IMG/VR virus record: IMGVR_UViG_3300043425_001539
Location: 62,001 to 126,000 of that record
Direction: 5' to 3' (one strand)
DNA: 64,000 bases
A model generated the notes under the pieces. That model searched no databases and was not told the origin of the DNA. It saw nothing but the letters and a program-made list of their open reading frames with translations. Shown one piece after another: positions 1-9,092 of this stretch (the first letter of the stretch is position 1; each line of letters starts with the position of its first letter). The translations under genes and the position numbers were made by a program.

Positions 1-1287
1 ATCTTTTGCCCGTTTCATAAATTCATATACTTCCAATTTATCTTCAATAGACATATCACGTGGTTCCATGTGTGGGAGTAATAAACGAATTCTTTCCATC
101 AGAGTTACGTCGTCTGGGTTTACGTCAACCAAAATTGATCTTGAACGAATTGCGCCATCGGGATCCGCTTTATCTTTTGGTAAATTTGATATAAATACAA
201 CTCGTCCTGCAAACTCAAAATAAGCTGGGATCATACCACCTTCAACAGCATTCCATTCTGCCTCAGGATCATTTTCGTAATCTTTAGGATCAAATACTAT
301 AGATGATTTTTTAAGATATGAAATTCTTCTAACCTTTTTAGTGTCAAGCGCAGCTTTTAGGATGTTACGTCCTGTTTCGTCTCTAAACACAGAATCACAA
401 TCATCAAAAACCAAAACTTTATTGCGGTATTGGAACATCTTCTTATACATCATAATTACTGAAACCGCACCGGAAACAATAATGTAATCTTCATCCTCGA
501 CAAGGCCTTCATCTTTTAATGCACGTTCAACACTGAAAGTTTTACCTGTACCTGCTCTACCAGAAATAAACAATGAATTAAATCCACCTGCAGCAAGTCT
601 TCGCGTAATTTCGTAAATGTCTTCAAGAGTTTCGTCCAACAGTTTTACTTTATCTTCCAATAGCATTTCATTACGCTTTACCGCTGGAATTTTTTCTGTG
701 GTTGATGTTACACCCTTTCTTACCTGCAAGATCATTCCGTATGAAATGCCCATACTTTTTGAAATGTCTGCAGCGCTCTCGCCTTGTTCCAATCTTGATT
801 GGATTTCAGATTGTTCATCAGGTGACAAAGGTTTACGTGCTTCATACAAAGAAGATTCAACCAATTTATCAATTGATTTAGCGTAAGATGGATCATTAAT
901 CAATCTTACAAATTCACTTAACAGAGAAACGATTGGAAAATTTTCACTTGATACAGAAAAATCTGCAACTCCAGAATTAGGCTTTGAAAGATATTCCAAA
1001 GTACCTATAATTCCTCTGCGTCCGCCACCATAAATTTTTACGCATGACAAATCCTTATCACTAAACAACATAACAACTGGTGTGTTATGATCATCATATC
1101 CAATAAACGGAAACAAAACGAATGCTTTGCCTGTCTTTTTGTTTAAAAAGGATTTTATAATTTCCGATGCTTGATTTAATTTAGGTTCTATATCAGTCTG
1201 AGACCTTCCTAAATTTTCGTTCATGCTATCAGAAGAATGCAAATCTCCGGAAATAAATTCCTCGAATAGTTGAATGTAATTCTTCAT
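1..1287 (-). CDS. AAA+ ATPase with a putative HTH segment; runs off the window edge (3' end missing)
   Basis: Not in the ORF track; translated by hand from ATG at 1287 (MKNYIQLFEEFISGD...), open to position 1. Walker A SGRAGTGKT, Walker B VLVFDDCD, sensor-like VVFISN. HTH-like GESAADISKSMGISYGMILQV upstream of the ATPase domain. Confidence 0.85.
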   Translation of the reverse strand, partial: MKNYIQLFEEFISGDLHSSDSMNENLGRSQTDIEPKLNQASEIIKSFLNKKTGKAFVLFPFIGYDDHNTPVVMLFSDKDLSCVKIYGGGRRGIIGTLEYLSKPNSGVADFSVSSENFPIVSLLSEFVRLINDPSYAKSIDKLVESSLYEARKPLSPDEQSEIQSRLEQGESAADISKSMGISYGMILQVRKGVTSTTEKIPAVKRNEMLLEDKVKLLDETLEDIYEITRRLAAGGFNSLFISGRAGTGKTFSVERALKDEGLVEDEDYIIVSGAVSVIMMYKKMFQYRNKVLVFDDCDSVFRDETGRNILKAALDTKKVRRISYLKKSSIVFDPKDYENDPEAEWNAVEGGMIPAYFEFAGRVVFISNLPKDKADPDGAIRSRSILVDVNPDDVTLMERIRLLLPHMEPRDMSIEDKLEVYEFMKRAKD

Positions 1288-1307
1288 TTAATTTTTTTTT
1301 ATTTTTA

Positions 1308-1316
1308 TTATATATT
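1308..1316 (-). promoter_or_regulatory. Candidate phage late-promoter motif AATATATAA
   Basis: Intergenic, about 20 nt upstream of the ATG at 1287; one of 12 RATATATA(R) copies upstream of starts. Confidence 0.55.
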
Positions 1317-1335
1317 TTGATTAAAATTTATTTTT

Positions 1336-1659
1336 TTATTTTTTTGGCTTAAACCCCGCGTCTCTTGCCTCTTTTGCTAAATCAGCATCAGCTTTACCCC
1401 AGGTACCTTCACCGCCAGTTAAAAAACTGTTTACTCGTGCATAACCCCATTGCTCCTGTCCTGCTCCAGGTCTATGCCCGCTTTTCCATGCTGCCATGCC
1501 TCTTCGCATAACTGCTCGAATTATTCCGATAGGAGCGCCTGATTCTTCGCTTTTCTTTTTGAGCGCTTTTTCGATATCGGGATTATCAATAGGACTTCTG
1601 TCAGTTGATTGTTGCTTTTCTTCAAGCAGCCAAGATTCATATGTTTTTGTGTATTCCAA
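1336..1659 (-). CDS. Conserved phage protein (DUF5824-like) with CTS-like leader
   Basis: Motif RAVMRRGMAAWKSGHRPGAGQEQWGYARVNSF recalled as typical of this phage family; TTG start, leader MEYTKTYESWLLEE. Confidence 0.7.
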   Translation of the reverse strand: MEYTKTYESWLLEEKQQSTDRSPIDNPDIEKALKKKSEESGAPIGIIRAVMRRGMAAWKSGHRPGAGQEQWGYARVNSFLTGGEGTWGKADADLAKEARDAGFKPKK

Positions 1660-1673
1660 AACAATTATAATTT

Positions 1674-2300
1674 TTATTTGAATTTATGAATTAATCCTAG
1701 AACACCCGAAACGTAATTTGCAGTATCTCTTATTAATTCCTTTTCATCTTCTGTAAATTCGTGAATATCTTTGACAAATTCAACTCCCATTGCCCCGTGT
1801 AATTTGCCAGTTGGGGTTTTTAAAGAAACTATAAATAAAGATTGACAACCCGTTGACTCAGCTGTATCTCTTAATCCAAAGGATTTTTGATTTTCGTCGC
1901 TTATGTCATTTATACATAATTCCTCATTATCATGAATTTCTTTAAGTGCTCGACTAAAAAAACTTGTTGGCACATTTTGAAATTTATCTCTAATAGTAGA
2001 AATACCAATGTTTACTATCTCAAAGAAAAAACTAAATTTTTTAATTGAAACTCCTGATGAATAATAATGTCCTCCATTATGAAACTGCATTATCCATATT
2101 CTGTCACAATCTATTTCACCTAATAAATATGTTAATTGTTCATTGATTAAAATATCCGACTCCATTTCTTCATACATCGGATCTTTTAAAGATTCTTTTC
2201 TTTTAATGTAGGACCTTACATATTCCAAAACCGCTGGGCCGATAACCGCAGTTATCAAGGCAACAATAATTGTAACAATTAATGATGTTTCCATTCTCAA
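1674..2300 (-). CDS. T4 gp t-like holin candidate (one N-terminal TM plus GAF-like domain)
   Basis: TM segment LIVTIIVALITAVIGPAVL, then DRIWIMQFHNGG...SLFIVSL...GAMGVEF, consistent with a GAF fold. Start is TTG 2300 or ATG 2294. Confidence 0.6.
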   Translation of the reverse strand: MRMETSLIVTIIVALITAVIGPAVLEYVRSYIKRKESLKDPMYEEMESDILINEQLTYLLGEIDCDRIWIMQFHNGGHYYSSGVSIKKFSFFFEIVNIGISTIRDKFQNVPTSFFSRALKEIHDNEELCINDISDENQKSFGLRDTAESTGCQSLFIVSLKTPTGKLHGAMGVEFVKDIHEFTEDEKELIRDTANYVSGVLGLIHKFK

Positions 2301-2361
2301 AAACTCTAATAATGTCTAAGACATTATCTCTTTCTTTTTTCATATTTTTATTTTTTCTTAA

Positions 2362-2907
2362 TTAATTATCTTTGGAGTTTAAGTGTTTTTTAAGCCATTT
2401 TTTATAGTCTGAAAATGACATTAACCCAACTTTACGATTTGGATCATCTTCTTCAGGGTTAAATACATCGCCTGATCCTACAGAATCTGCTGACGGCGGT
2501 GCTGCATTTCCCATACCAGGAACATTCGAAGGACTTGCGGATATACCAGTGCCAAAATCTCCTTCATTAACGTCTTTTCCGCTAATATAATCTATAAATT
2601 GTTGAACAACAGGATCTTGTTTATCGCTTGTCATAGAAACCTTTTGAACACCTGCTTGGCTTGCTTGTGTAAACCAAAAGTATGATCCAGTATAATATGA
2701 TCCTAAACTATATTCATCAATTTTTTTAGTTTTTCTTTCAGGCAAATCCTTATGACTTGTTTCAGCAAAATCTTTAAGCTGCTTTAAAGTCATATTGTCA
2801 GCTAAGTCTTTGACTTCTTGACTTGCTTCACTTCTTGGCATGTCTCCTTTTTTAAGAGCGTATGCCATGCCCATTAGTTTTTGTTGTGCTTTTGAAGATG
2901 CCGGCAT
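2362..2907 (-). CDS. DUF3008-like domain protein with low-complexity C-terminal extension
   Basis: N-terminus MPASSKAQQKLMGMAYALKKG...MTLKQLKDFA matches my recollection of the DUF3008 pattern. Confidence 0.65.
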   Translation of the reverse strand: MPASSKAQQKLMGMAYALKKGDMPRSEASQEVKDLADNMTLKQLKDFAETSHKDLPERKTKKIDEYSLGSYYTGSYFWFTQASQAGVQKVSMTSDKQDPVVQQFIDYISGKDVNEGDFGTGISASPSNVPGMGNAAPPSADSVGSGDVFNPEEDDPNRKVGLMSFSDYKKWLKKHLNSKDN

Positions 2908-2909
2908 AA

Positions 2910-3257
2910 TTACGATATTTGATTCATTATAGCTGAATGCACCCGTGAGCCTAAACCAGATAAACGGTAAGTCTTTGATCCATTCTTTTCAGATATTTTA
3001 AAATATCTAGTGTTTTTATTAATCCATTTTCTGCTGGTGGCCCCACCTGTTTCTTCATTCATACCAGCTATAAATTCCATAAGCTCTTCATGTGTCACTT
3101 CACCTGATTCTTTAACAAATGAAAGAATTTTTTCGCGAATAGGCGCAACTGAAGAAATTTCCATTTTAGGATATTTATCAGTATATCTTCTTTTAATTGT
3201 TAACTTTTCCTCATTAATAAATTCATCAAAAGAAAGCGTATGTCTTTCGTTAGTCAT
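2910..3257 (-). CDS. Hypothetical protein, possible winged helix, with CTS-like leader
   Basis: 115 aa; leader TLSFDEFINEE; helix-helix-strand pattern ending in TYRLSGLG. Confidence 0.6.
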   Translation of the reverse strand: MTNERHTLSFDEFINEEKLTIKRRYTDKYPKMEISSVAPIREKILSFVKESGEVTHEELMEFIAGMNEETGGATSRKWINKNTRYFKISEKNGSKTYRLSGLGSRVHSAIMNQIS

Positions 3258-3280
3258 AAATTAATTTTATTTTTATCTTT

Positions 3281-3289
3281 TTATATATC
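3281..3289 (-). promoter_or_regulatory. Candidate late-promoter motif GATATATAA
   Basis: Intergenic, 23 nt upstream of the ATG at 3257. Confidence 0.6.
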
Positions 3290-3291
3290 AA

Positions 3292-5025
3292 TTAATTATA
3301 AAAAAATTTGTCAAAAGACGATTTAATTTGTGTCCAATAAGGATGTACGCATTCCGGTGTTAAATTCTTAAACTCTTTTAAATTATCTTCAGTTAAACAT
3401 TTTTGCAATTTAGATATTGCTTTATTATTTATTTTTTGAATCTGAACAGGTTTGTTTTCTTTAGAAAAATAAATAGTCTTAAGCCCATCTTGTTCGGATT
3501 TTAGATCATTAAAACTTTGTTCTGTTGCAATGATTACGGGTTCATATTTGGGTCTTAATGAATCCAATATTTTTTTAAAGAAAGGACGATCCATTATTTT
3601 ATAATCTATCAGAAGTTCATCGTTATCTTGTAACAATGAATTAACAATCTTTTCTTTATTGTCTTCATCAGATCCATACATTTTTTCAGCCAAAGAATTG
3701 CTATGTATTAACAAAATTTTGTGGCCATTTAATTTTTTAAGTCTATCAGCTTCCTCAATAACATCTTTTGTCAACAAATTAAAATTTGTTATAATAACAT
3801 TTACCGGTGTTTTTCCAACGGTTTCATTCTTTCTAAGACTAAAAAATCTAGTAAGTAAACTTACAGCTTTAACATAATCCGCAGCCGATTCATCGTTTAA
3901 ATTATTTTCTAAGCTTTCAGTTTTTTCTTCTTTAAGTATTGAAGAAAACTCTAAAAATGAAAAATCGCCTCCAGCTAATTTGTTAATTTCTTCAATTTTT
4001 TCGTTAAAAGAATTTGCTACACTTTCGCTAATTAATCCGCTTTTATATTTAGGCTTTTTAAGATTGGTTAAAAATATAGAATATAAATACTCATAATTTT
4101 TATTATTTTCAAGAATCTCTAAAGTTTTGGGATTTTTAATCCATTTTTTGGATAAATTTCCTGACTTACTTAAAAAATCTGGACGTTTTAATCCAGATTC
4201 TAAAAATTCTTGTCCTTTCTGTACAACATATTCATTAAAAATTTCCGAAACTATTTCAATATAAGATTCATCGGGGTTAGCAGATGAAATTTTAATATTA
4301 TTAATAGGGAATGATTCTAAGTGTTCGCAAATGTTTAATAAAACTACATCAAAAAGATGACTACGAGATTCATTTATAATATCTGTATCCTTGCCTAATT
4401 TGATAAGTTCATTTTCAAATTCAAATATTAATGCTTCAACGTTTCTAAGTTTCTTGTTAAGAAACCCTTGTGTATAAATTTCTGATTCTGTTAATAATAA
4501 ACTGTTATTTCCTATTAAAGAATTAATAGTTTCTTCGGATAATTTTCCTTCAAATACAGGTTTTGCGTAATCAACTTTAAAAAGCTGCGACCATCTTTCA
4601 AAAACCGTAGTATCTTTAACTTCATTAATTACATCAAATTTGTTATTTCTTACAGTAATGTCTGTTAATATTAATCCGTTCTTTGGTGTTTTTTCATATT
4701 CTGTAACCAAAGGCATGTTTGAAGGAAACCAAGAAAACCCAAATCTATGTCTAACAGGTATGGATTTTTTTAATTCGTATGGAAGATTTTCAATATAATC
4801 AATAGCAGACTCATATAAATCACTTATTGTACGATCTATGCGTGATAATGGAACTTTTCCATTTTTTCCGTAAAATTGAAACTTATATGTTTTAGGATTT
4901 TTTTCAAATGAAAACCGAAAAGCATCAAATTTTTCAGTCACGCGCACTTCTTGTGAAAGAATTTGCTTTGCTTTATCCTGACCGTATTTATTTACAAAAG
5001 TGTTAAAATTTTTTATTCCTGCCAT
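3292..5025 (-). CDS. Ligase-like nucleotidyltransferase domain fused to a degenerate HIGH/cytidyltransferase-like domain
   Basis: N-terminal VTEKFDA resembles ligase motif I (KxDG). C-terminal LQKCLTEDNLKEFKNLTPECVHPYWTQIK aligns by eye with VRQALRNDDKALFNELMPKELHKYYDELK of ORF 8495-9076. Confidence 0.6.
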   Translation of the reverse strand: MAGIKNFNTFVNKYGQDKAKQILSQEVRVTEKFDAFRFSFEKNPKTYKFQFYGKNGKVPLSRIDRTISDLYESAIDYIENLPYELKKSIPVRHRFGFSWFPSNMPLVTEYEKTPKNGLILTDITVRNNKFDVINEVKDTTVFERWSQLFKVDYAKPVFEGKLSEETINSLIGNNSLLLTESEIYTQGFLNKKLRNVEALIFEFENELIKLGKDTDIINESRSHLFDVVLLNICEHLESFPINNIKISSANPDESYIEIVSEIFNEYVVQKGQEFLESGLKRPDFLSKSGNLSKKWIKNPKTLEILENNKNYEYLYSIFLTNLKKPKYKSGLISESVANSFNEKIEEINKLAGGDFSFLEFSSILKEEKTESLENNLNDESAADYVKAVSLLTRFFSLRKNETVGKTPVNVIITNFNLLTKDVIEEADRLKKLNGHKILLIHSNSLAEKMYGSDEDNKEKIVNSLLQDNDELLIDYKIMDRPFFKKILDSLRPKYEPVIIATEQSFNDLKSEQDGLKTIYFSKENKPVQIQKINNKAISKLQKCLTEDNLKEFKNLTPECVHPYWTQIKSSFDKFFYN

Positions 5026-5063
5026 TTCTTTTTGGGCTTTTGGTTTTTTCTTTTACCTGTTAT

Positions 5064-5072
5064 CTATATATC
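5064..5072 (-). promoter_or_regulatory. Candidate late-promoter motif GATATATAG
   Basis: Intergenic, 38 nt upstream of the ATG at 5025. Confidence 0.6.
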
Positions 5073-5087
5073 ATATTGAGAAATTCA

Positions 5088-6221
5088 TTAAACTACTTGT
5101 CTAAATTCAATAGATTGTAAATCAAACAACAATGATACATCTGTTGCACTAAATCCAGTGTTCCATATTGCTAAACTATTAAATCGAACAGGCACATATG
5201 TTGTAGCATCCATAATAAAACATTCCTCTGTATTTCCTATTTCAATTGTTTGATATGTAGTACTGCTTTGAAAATCTCCACTTACATATAAAGCATATCC
5301 GTATTCCGAACTATTTGTTAAAACAATATTTGCCCAGTTTACTGGAACCGAACCAAGTTCAGCTGATAGATTAACATTGCCCGCTCCGCCAGGGTTTAAA
5401 TTACAAGAAACGCCTACAATACCTGAACCTTCGTCAGCAAGACTGATTGATATAGCATTACCTACATCATCTAAAAAACTAAATAATTTTGCACCAGCAT
5501 TAATAGCTGCAACTCTTACCCATATACTAATTGTAAAACTTGTACTTGTTTTAAGTAAATCAGTAACTCCAGTATCAATATACCCTCTTTCTTGCGCGTC
5601 AGTACCAAAGTCCAAAAACCAAGGTAATTCAGTAGGTGCGGATGGATGCCATCCATAAAGACCGACAGGTGAACCTGATACTGCTTGCACAAAAGACCAT
5701 GCATAATTATTTAAGCTTAAATCTTTTCCACTTCCGTATATTTGATAGTCGGTTGATAAACTTGGAGGAACACATAACCATTGATTAACGTCAAAAAAAT
5801 AAGATAAGTTTCCTATTTTTGGTATGGTTTTAAATCTATTAGAAATAACCGTGTCAGTTACAGCAGTTGTCATATACCACTGAATAGCATTAGGAACAGT
5901 TGAATATGTTGCACCTGCTAAATCCGTCGTTCTTATAGGAAAAATTTCATTAACGCCTGTGCCTCCGCTAAAAACAACAATTGACGGCCCTTCAGATGCT
6001 TTATATGAATAAATAGCGCATCCTGCAGTTGACCCAAATTCACCAGGCCCACTTCCTCCGCTTGACGGCGGATCAAGAACAGAATAATATCCAGTTACCG
6101 GAGTTTCACCATAGTCTCTGTATCCTACTCCAAAATTAAAACTATTAAAACGTAATGCATTTGCATCTGTCCCAGCCGCAGTTTCACCGCCTGCTACGCC
6201 ATGTATAGGTTTGTCTGGCAT
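5088..6221 (-). CDS. LamG/concanavalin A-like domain virion protein
   Basis: C-terminal SFTISIWVR...WANIVLT...YALYVSG...FNSLAIWNTGFSATDVSLLF is a LamG-type pattern. Confidence 0.7.
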   Translation of the reverse strand: MPDKPIHGVAGGETAAGTDANALRFNSFNFGVGYRDYGETPVTGYYSVLDPPSSGGSGPGEFGSTAGCAIYSYKASEGPSIVVFSGGTGVNEIFPIRTTDLAGATYSTVPNAIQWYMTTAVTDTVISNRFKTIPKIGNLSYFFDVNQWLCVPPSLSTDYQIYGSGKDLSLNNYAWSFVQAVSGSPVGLYGWHPSAPTELPWFLDFGTDAQERGYIDTGVTDLLKTSTSFTISIWVRVAAINAGAKLFSFLDDVGNAISISLADEGSGIVGVSCNLNPGGAGNVNLSAELGSVPVNWANIVLTNSSEYGYALYVSGDFQSSTTYQTIEIGNTEECFIMDATTYVPVRFNSLAIWNTGFSATDVSLLFDLQSIEFRQVV

Positions 6222-6236
6222 ATTTTAAAACTATTT

Positions 6237-6374
6237 TTAGTTATAAATGATAGAAATATAAAAATTATAAGCGTCTTCTTCTTTGCCATAATAATTTTTA
6301 TAATATTCACCATTTTCGGAATATTCAACCCACCAGTTTGAACCGTCAAAATCCATATTCACAAATTTTTTCAT
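6237..6374 (-). CDS. Small 45-aa aromatic/acidic protein missed by the ORF track
   Basis: ATG overlaps the TGA of 6371-7384 (ATGA coupling); MKKFVNMDFDGSNWWVEYSENGEYYKNYYGKEEDAYNFYISIIYN fills the gap. Confidence 0.55.
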   Translation of the reverse strand: MKKFVNMDFDGSNWWVEYSENGEYYKNYYGKEEDAYNFYISIIYN

Positions 6375-7384
6375 AGCCCATAACTATTTTTCATTGCTTC
6401 ATATACCGCAGATATTTCAGCATCTGATAACATTCTATTGTAACATAAAACCGCGCCTATTCCTCCATTTGTACATGTGTTGGTATATCCTGTACCTATA
6501 CGAATTTCACCTGCTGGTACTAATGCAGTATTACTTCGGCATAAAAAATCAGCAACCCAAGGTGTACCGTTTTTACTAGAAAAACCTGTTCTACAAGCAG
6601 TAGTTTTTCCCGTTGATAATTTAACAGCCATCATATTCCAAGCATTAGCTGTTGTTTGTGCAATGGCGCCAGTATCGTAGGTAGGAGTCTTTCTGCTATA
6701 ATAACTAAATGCAGAAGTGGTTTCCCATGTTATAGCAAGTTCTTGTTCATATGAAGCATATATAGTTCCAGCTTTTTCAAAAATAGTCTTTCTTACAGCT
6801 CCTTGTGAACCGTACACCCAAAAAATAACTGTACAGTCTCCACCTAAATCAACAAGATTTGAGTTTGTACTACAATTCCAAAAGCCTGAACCATTAAAAG
6901 CAAATCCTGGATAACCTCCCAAAGATTGAAGCGGAGTTAAAGTATTATTGGAATTAAATTTTAATCCTTGTGCTATATCATACCAAGATGTGCTTCCGCT
7001 ATTATAGCTAATTACATTATGAGGCAATAAACACAAAGTTAATCCATCAGTTATAATAGGTTCTATATTAGCGCCTAAAACCATTTTATCATTTTCGGTG
7101 TTAAAATAATTCATACATTCCGAAAAAGTTGTGAATCCCGCACCTGAAATAGAATTTGTTATTCTAATTAGCTCTTCTTCATTAGAAGCAATTCTTATAG
7201 AAGGGCCACCGGATATCCTATTTTGATATACGGCATAACCGCCAGTAGGAGGATCAATTCCATTCCAAAAATTTGTTAAACTAGTCGGGCCTTTTGCTTG
7301 ATCTCCAGTTCCAATATAAAAGTTGCCTTTTTTTAACGCATTTGTTTCAGCAACTTCAGCGCTATATTTAATGGCATTTGGCAT
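6371..7384 (-). CDS. LamG/concanavalin A-like domain virion protein
   Basis: CTVIFWV...WNMMAV...IGAVLCYNRMLSDAEISAVY LamG-type ending. Confidence 0.7.
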   Translation of the reverse strand: MPNAIKYSAEVAETNALKKGNFYIGTGDQAKGPTSLTNFWNGIDPPTGGYAVYQNRISGGPSIRIASNEEELIRITNSISGAGFTTFSECMNYFNTENDKMVLGANIEPIITDGLTLCLLPHNVISYNSGSTSWYDIAQGLKFNSNNTLTPLQSLGGYPGFAFNGSGFWNCSTNSNLVDLGGDCTVIFWVYGSQGAVRKTIFEKAGTIYASYEQELAITWETTSAFSYYSRKTPTYDTGAIAQTTANAWNMMAVKLSTGKTTACRTGFSSKNGTPWVADFLCRSNTALVPAGEIRIGTGYTNTCTNGGIGAVLCYNRMLSDAEISAVYEAMKNSYGL

Positions 7385-8259
7385 TAACTTGGTAAAGGTA
7401 ATTTTGCATCTTCCAATTTATCAAAAAAATCTTGATAAATTTTTTCTCTTGCTTCAGGATATTTAAAAGCTGTAGAATCAATTAAATCTTTAAGCTTTTC
7501 ATATGTATTAATATCATTAGGCGCGTGTTTACCTGTAAATAGCAATTTAACTACTTCTTCGGGAGTATTTGTTATAAATCTATCATAATCTTTTAAAAGT
7601 TGTGCAGTTTTAAGTAATCCTTTTTTACCTTCAAAACTTTTTCTTACTTGCACTATTCCTTGATTTAACCTAACAACATACGATTGAAATTCTGCAGTCT
7701 CTCCGCTTTCAGATTTTTTAGTTACTTCAAAAAAAGATTTTCCAATTGCAGACATTAACAATAAATTTCTGTAAGCTCCTTTATATCTTGATTCAGCAAT
7801 TCTAAAATCAGGTGAATGATATATGAATCTACTCCAGCTTAAATCAGTAGAAAGCATAAAGTCAACTTGTGCGTATCCTTTTGATACAAATCCGCTAACA
7901 GGCGCTGCTATACTTACTTGATTAAAACCAGGCATCAATTTAGTTTGGTACCCAAGTTTTTTAAGTTCGTCATTTAACGCAAAAAGAGCATTTTGCAAAG
8001 GAACTCCAAAAAAACCTGCAATCTTATCAGCCGATACTGCAATGTCAATATCACCGCTTGTCTGATCAGGAAGTTTTTTACCTGCTGAACCTATAAGAGC
8101 AGCATCTTTATCCAAACCTTCTAATCCTATTTTAGGAAATATTTCTTTTGCTATCCATTTTGCAGTTTCAATTACTTCAGTTTGATTAATAGGGCGAACG
8201 TCGTCAACAGCATTTCCACTTTCTTTGATGTATTGCTCAAAAAGTTTAACATATTTCAT
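7384..8259 (-). CDS. DNA Pol-beta-superfamily nucleotidyltransferase with CTS-like leader
   Basis: LIGSAGKK...SGDIDIAV (GS...DxD) and a third Asp in AQVDFML. Start moved to ATG 8259 (MKYVKLFEQYIKE), just after the upstream stop. Confidence 0.8.
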   Translation of the reverse strand: MKYVKLFEQYIKESGNAVDDVRPINQTEVIETAKWIAKEIFPKIGLEGLDKDAALIGSAGKKLPDQTSGDIDIAVSADKIAGFFGVPLQNALFALNDELKKLGYQTKLMPGFNQVSIAAPVSGFVSKGYAQVDFMLSTDLSWSRFIYHSPDFRIAESRYKGAYRNLLLMSAIGKSFFEVTKKSESGETAEFQSYVVRLNQGIVQVRKSFEGKKGLLKTAQLLKDYDRFITNTPEEVVKLLFTGKHAPNDINTYEKLKDLIDSTAFKYPEAREKIYQDFFDKLEDAKLPLPS

Positions 8260-8261
8260 AT

Positions 8262-8498
8262 TTAAGAATTTGTCTTTATCCATGCTTTAATTGCATCTTC
8301 AGCAGCCTTTCGTAATTTTTCTGTGTCTGCAGGACTAAAATCACCAGATTTTATATCCGAGAAAGAATTAGCAACACTTTCCCAAAAAGCATCAAGAGCA
8401 TCTTCGGCTACTTGACTAATTTTTTGCGAGCTGTAATTAATGCCTTCATCTAATGAGTCCTGATTTAAAAAGTTTTTAAATGTTGTAAAATGTTTCAT
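8262..8498 (-). CDS. Small acidic protein with CTS-like leader
   Basis: 78 aa, MKHFTTFKNFLNQDSLDE; overlaps the upstream stop by 4 nt. Confidence 0.65.
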   Translation of the reverse strand: MKHFTTFKNFLNQDSLDEGINYSSQKISQVAEDALDAFWESVANSFSDIKSGDFSPADTEKLRKAAEDAIKAWIKTNS

Positions 8499-9076
8499 TG
8501 TTTTATGTATTTTTTTAGTTCATCATAATATTTATGCAATTCTTTTGGCATTAATTCATTAAACAAAGCTTTGTCATCATTTCTTAACGCCTGCCTAACT
8601 TTTGTTCCACTTGGTCCATCTCCTTCTCTTGCATCAACCAATCTAACAGAAAAATTAGCATCAACTGGTGTATCAGTTTTAGGACCTGTTATGTATTCAA
8701 CCTGTCTCTGATAATCCTTCATGCGGTCAGCGCCTGCGCCTAATCCTAAAGGTTCATATCCCAATTCTCTGATGTATTGAACCATTAAAGGAATCACAGT
8801 TTTTTTACCTGTAGGATATATTTGAAAATCTTTAATAAAAGAATTGTTACGAACAACATCTCTAGCCATTTTTTGAAGTAAAGTATCAGGAAAAGGCGAT
8901 TCTTCTTTTGCCGATAATATTTGTAATGCAACAACAGGTTTTCCGAAAATTTCTGAAGTTCTCTTTAAGGCGGCTAAATGACCCTTATGAAAAGGCTGAA
9001 ATCTACCAGGAAAAAATACTACCTCATTATTTGAGTTTTCGTTTATAAATGATTCAAATGTTTGAACGTGTCTCAT
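8495..9076 (-). CDS. HIGH-motif nucleotidyltransferase (cytidyltransferase-like/NMNAT-like) with CTS-like leader
   Basis: FPGRFQPFHKGH (HxGH), GAGADR and SGTKVR (KMSKS-equivalent). Confidence 0.85.
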   Translation of the reverse strand: MRHVQTFESFINENSNNEVVFFPGRFQPFHKGHLAALKRTSEIFGKPVVALQILSAKEESPFPDTLLQKMARDVVRNNSFIKDFQIYPTGKKTVIPLMVQYIRELGYEPLGLGAGADRMKDYQRQVEYITGPKTDTPVDANFSVRLVDAREGDGPSGTKVRQALRNDDKALFNELMPKELHKYYDELKKYIKQ

Positions 9077-9092
9077 AATATTTTAAATTTTT

